55,743 bases of DNA from Gemmatimonadota bacterium (GTDB taxonomy: Bacteria > Gemmatimonadota > Gemmatimonadetes > JACCXV01): positions 1-55,743 of the forward strand of contig DATBJZ010000007.1 of NCBI GenBank assembly GCA_036556125.1. The letters are read 5' to 3'. Both the position numbers and the translations under genes were made by a program. How positions within the stretch are numbered: the stretch's first letter is position 1; every line of letters starts with the position of its first letter. The notes under the pieces are model-generated. The model had not been told where the DNA came from. It searched no databases and was given only the letters and a program-made list of their open reading frames with translations. This document shows, piece by piece, positions 54,159 to 55,743 of this stretch.

Positions 54159-55538
54159 ATGCGGAAGACGTGGCTTCGCAGGACGGCAGCGACACTCGTC
54201 GCGTGCGCGACGCTGGCCCTCGCGGCATGCAGCGACGACGACGGCATCACGCCGCCTCCCCAGACCGGCGAGGCCGTGCTGCAGGGGGAGATCACCGGCA
54301 CGCGCACGCTGTCTGCGGACACGACCTACACCATCGAGGGCTTCGTCATCGTCCAGCCCGGGGCCGAGCTCGTCATCCCCGCGGGGACGGTCCTCCTCAG
54401 CAACGGGAACACTCGCGGTTCGCTCGTGACTGCGCGATGCACGGAGACCCAGCCCAGCGGGCAGCTGATCGTCCAGGGCACGGAAACGGATCCCGTCGTC
54501 TTCCGGCCGCTGAACGAGACCGGACGGGAGCGCGGCCAGGCCGGGGGCATCGTGCTGCACGGTTGCGCGCCGATCAACGTCACCGGCGGCACGGCGATCT
54601 CGGAGGGCGTGACGCAGGCGTTCGGGGGCGACGACCCGGGGGACTCGTCGGGCGACATCCGCTACCTGCGGATCGAGTTCGGCGGAATCGCGATCGCGAC
54701 CGACAACGAGATCAACGGCCTCACGCTGGCGGGCGTCGGCACCGGCACGAACGTCGAGTTCGTCCAGGCGCACTTCATCGCCGACGACGGCTTCGAGTGG
54801 TTCGGCGGCACCGTGCACGCCGACCACCTGGTGAGCTCGGGCAACGACGACGACGGGCTGGACTGTGACTTCGGCTGGAACGGGACCGTGCAGTTCGCGC
54901 TCGTGATCCAGGACCCGGAGCGCGCGAACCGGGGCCTCGAGTGCGACAACGACGGGGACGGGAGCGCCAATCAGCCCATCACGGACCCTGCGTTCTGGAA
55001 CGTGACCTGGATCGGAACGGGAGTCCGCCAGGCGAACAGCGACATCAACGACGGGCTGTACATCCGGCGCAACGCCGCCGGCGCCGTCCGCAACGCCATC
55101 GTCTCGAACTTCGGCAACGTCGGAATCGTCCTCGACGGCGACGGGACGTTCGGCCAGCTGCAGACCGACAACCTGGTGCTGGACAACATCCTGTTCTTCA
55201 ACAATCTCGGGCTCGAAAGTGGGGCCGTGGGGACCGACGACCTCACGGAGAACGTCCAGCGCCGGTCCGGCGGCGCCTACGTGGCCGACGGCCTCGCGGC
55301 CGAGCTCGCCGGCGCCACGTTCGTCTTCGGCGATCCGGAGTTCACGTCGGTGAACCTGGCCGATCCGATCAACGGCACGCAGCCCGATCCGCTCCCCGCG
55401 AGCGGCTCCCCGGCGCTGGACCCCGCGAACGCCGCCACGCCCTCCGGGGCGGGCATCGTCGACCCGGTGGCGGACTACCTCGGCGCGTTCTCGAACGACG
55501 ACTGGATCGACGGATGGACGACCTGGCTCACGAGCTAG
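54159..55538 (+). CDS. Uncharacterised lipoprotein encoded directly downstream of the TonB-dependent receptor
   Basis: Lipobox LALAACSDDDG. Conserved-looking core IRYLRIEFGG..NEINGLTLAGVGTGTNVEFVQAHFIADDGFEWFGGTVHADHLVSSGNDDDGLDCDFGWNGTVQF..NRGLECDND. I cannot name a family for it. Confidence 0.7.
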   Translation: MRKTWLRRTAATLVACATLALAACSDDDGITPPPQTGEAVLQGEITGTRTLSADTTYTIEGFVIVQPGAELVIPAGTVLLSNGNTRGSLVTARCTETQPSGQLIVQGTETDPVVFRPLNETGRERGQAGGIVLHGCAPINVTGGTAISEGVTQAFGGDDPGDSSGDIRYLRIEFGGIAIATDNEINGLTLAGVGTGTNVEFVQAHFIADDGFEWFGGTVHADHLVSSGNDDDGLDCDFGWNGTVQFALVIQDPERANRGLECDNDGDGSANQPITDPAFWNVTWIGTGVRQANSDINDGLYIRRNAAGAVRNAIVSNFGNVGIVLDGDGTFGQLQTDNLVLDNILFFNNLGLESGAVGTDDLTENVQRRSGGAYVADGLAAELAGATFVFGDPEFTSVNLADPINGTQPDPLPASGSPALDPANAATPSGAGIVDPVADYLGAFSNDDWIDGWTTWLTS

Positions 55539-55743
55539 CGGTCGCCGGCCCGGACGGGGCGCGAGGCGAGCGGCGACGCCCCCCTCGTCGAGCCGGCCTT
55601 GCGATCGCTCGGCCCCGGCGGCTGCAGAGACTATCGCTGCCTTGGATCGCGGCGGCGCTCCTGCCGCTGGCGGGCTGCGGGCCGGCGGAGGCGGCGCGGG
55701 ACCCCGGTCGCGACGCGATCGCATCCCCCGACGCTCCGCCGGC
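55514..55743 (+). CDS. Possible lipoprotein gene, 3' end outside the window; start uncertain
   Basis: The frame is open to the window end. It encodes ..RLSLPWIAAALLPLAGCGPAE.. (lipobox) with high GC3 from about 55620. The only canonical in-frame start is ATG 55514, which overlaps the previous gene. The ORF is absent from the track, probably because no stop lies in the window. Confidence 0.3.
   Translation, partial: MDDLAHELAVAGPDGARGERRRPPRRAGLAIARPRRLQRLSLPWIAAALLPLAGCGPAEAARDPGRDAIASPDAPP

Overview
55.7-kb, very GC-rich (about 70% by eye) chromosomal segment from a diderm bacterium. Diderm markers are an OM beta-barrel protein, a TonB-dependent receptor, a GT9 heptosyltransferase and many lipobox proteins. 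I call 42 CDS and one tRNA-Glu(UUC), and I see no rRNA, CRISPR, transposase or integrase. Most genes lie on the + strand, and many long antisense ORFs in the track are high-GC artefacts. Housekeeping genes: priA, ggt, lepA, grpE-dnaJ, prk-rpe, sodC, a cytochrome c, an ABC transporter and a YbdK-type ligase. These are interleaved with many secreted or lipoprotein adhesin-like proteins carrying DUF11, TSP3, PKD, Big-like, SBBP plus DUF4214, and IPT plus NIDO-like domains. There is also a sensor kinase / NtrC-type / CheY-type regulatory module next to nucleotide-sugar genes, and a minus-strand glycan operon (GT4, PIG-L deacetylase, Wzx-like flippase, GT4). The items most worth follow-up: (1) a membrane-anchored degenerate GGDEF protein (GGATF with RxxD retained) just upstream of the glycan operon, a candidate c-di-GMP receptor; (2) a translationally coupled pair of a dockerin-like PKD adhesin and a cohesin-like lipoprotein; (3) an orphan TaqI_C-type specificity-domain protein with no methyltransferase or nuclease; (4) a 3.5-copy 69-72-bp hairpin tandem repeat upstream of priA; (5) prk-rpe with no RuBisCO in the window; (6) a single-gene low-GC island. 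All domain calls come from reading motifs by eye. No database search was run.
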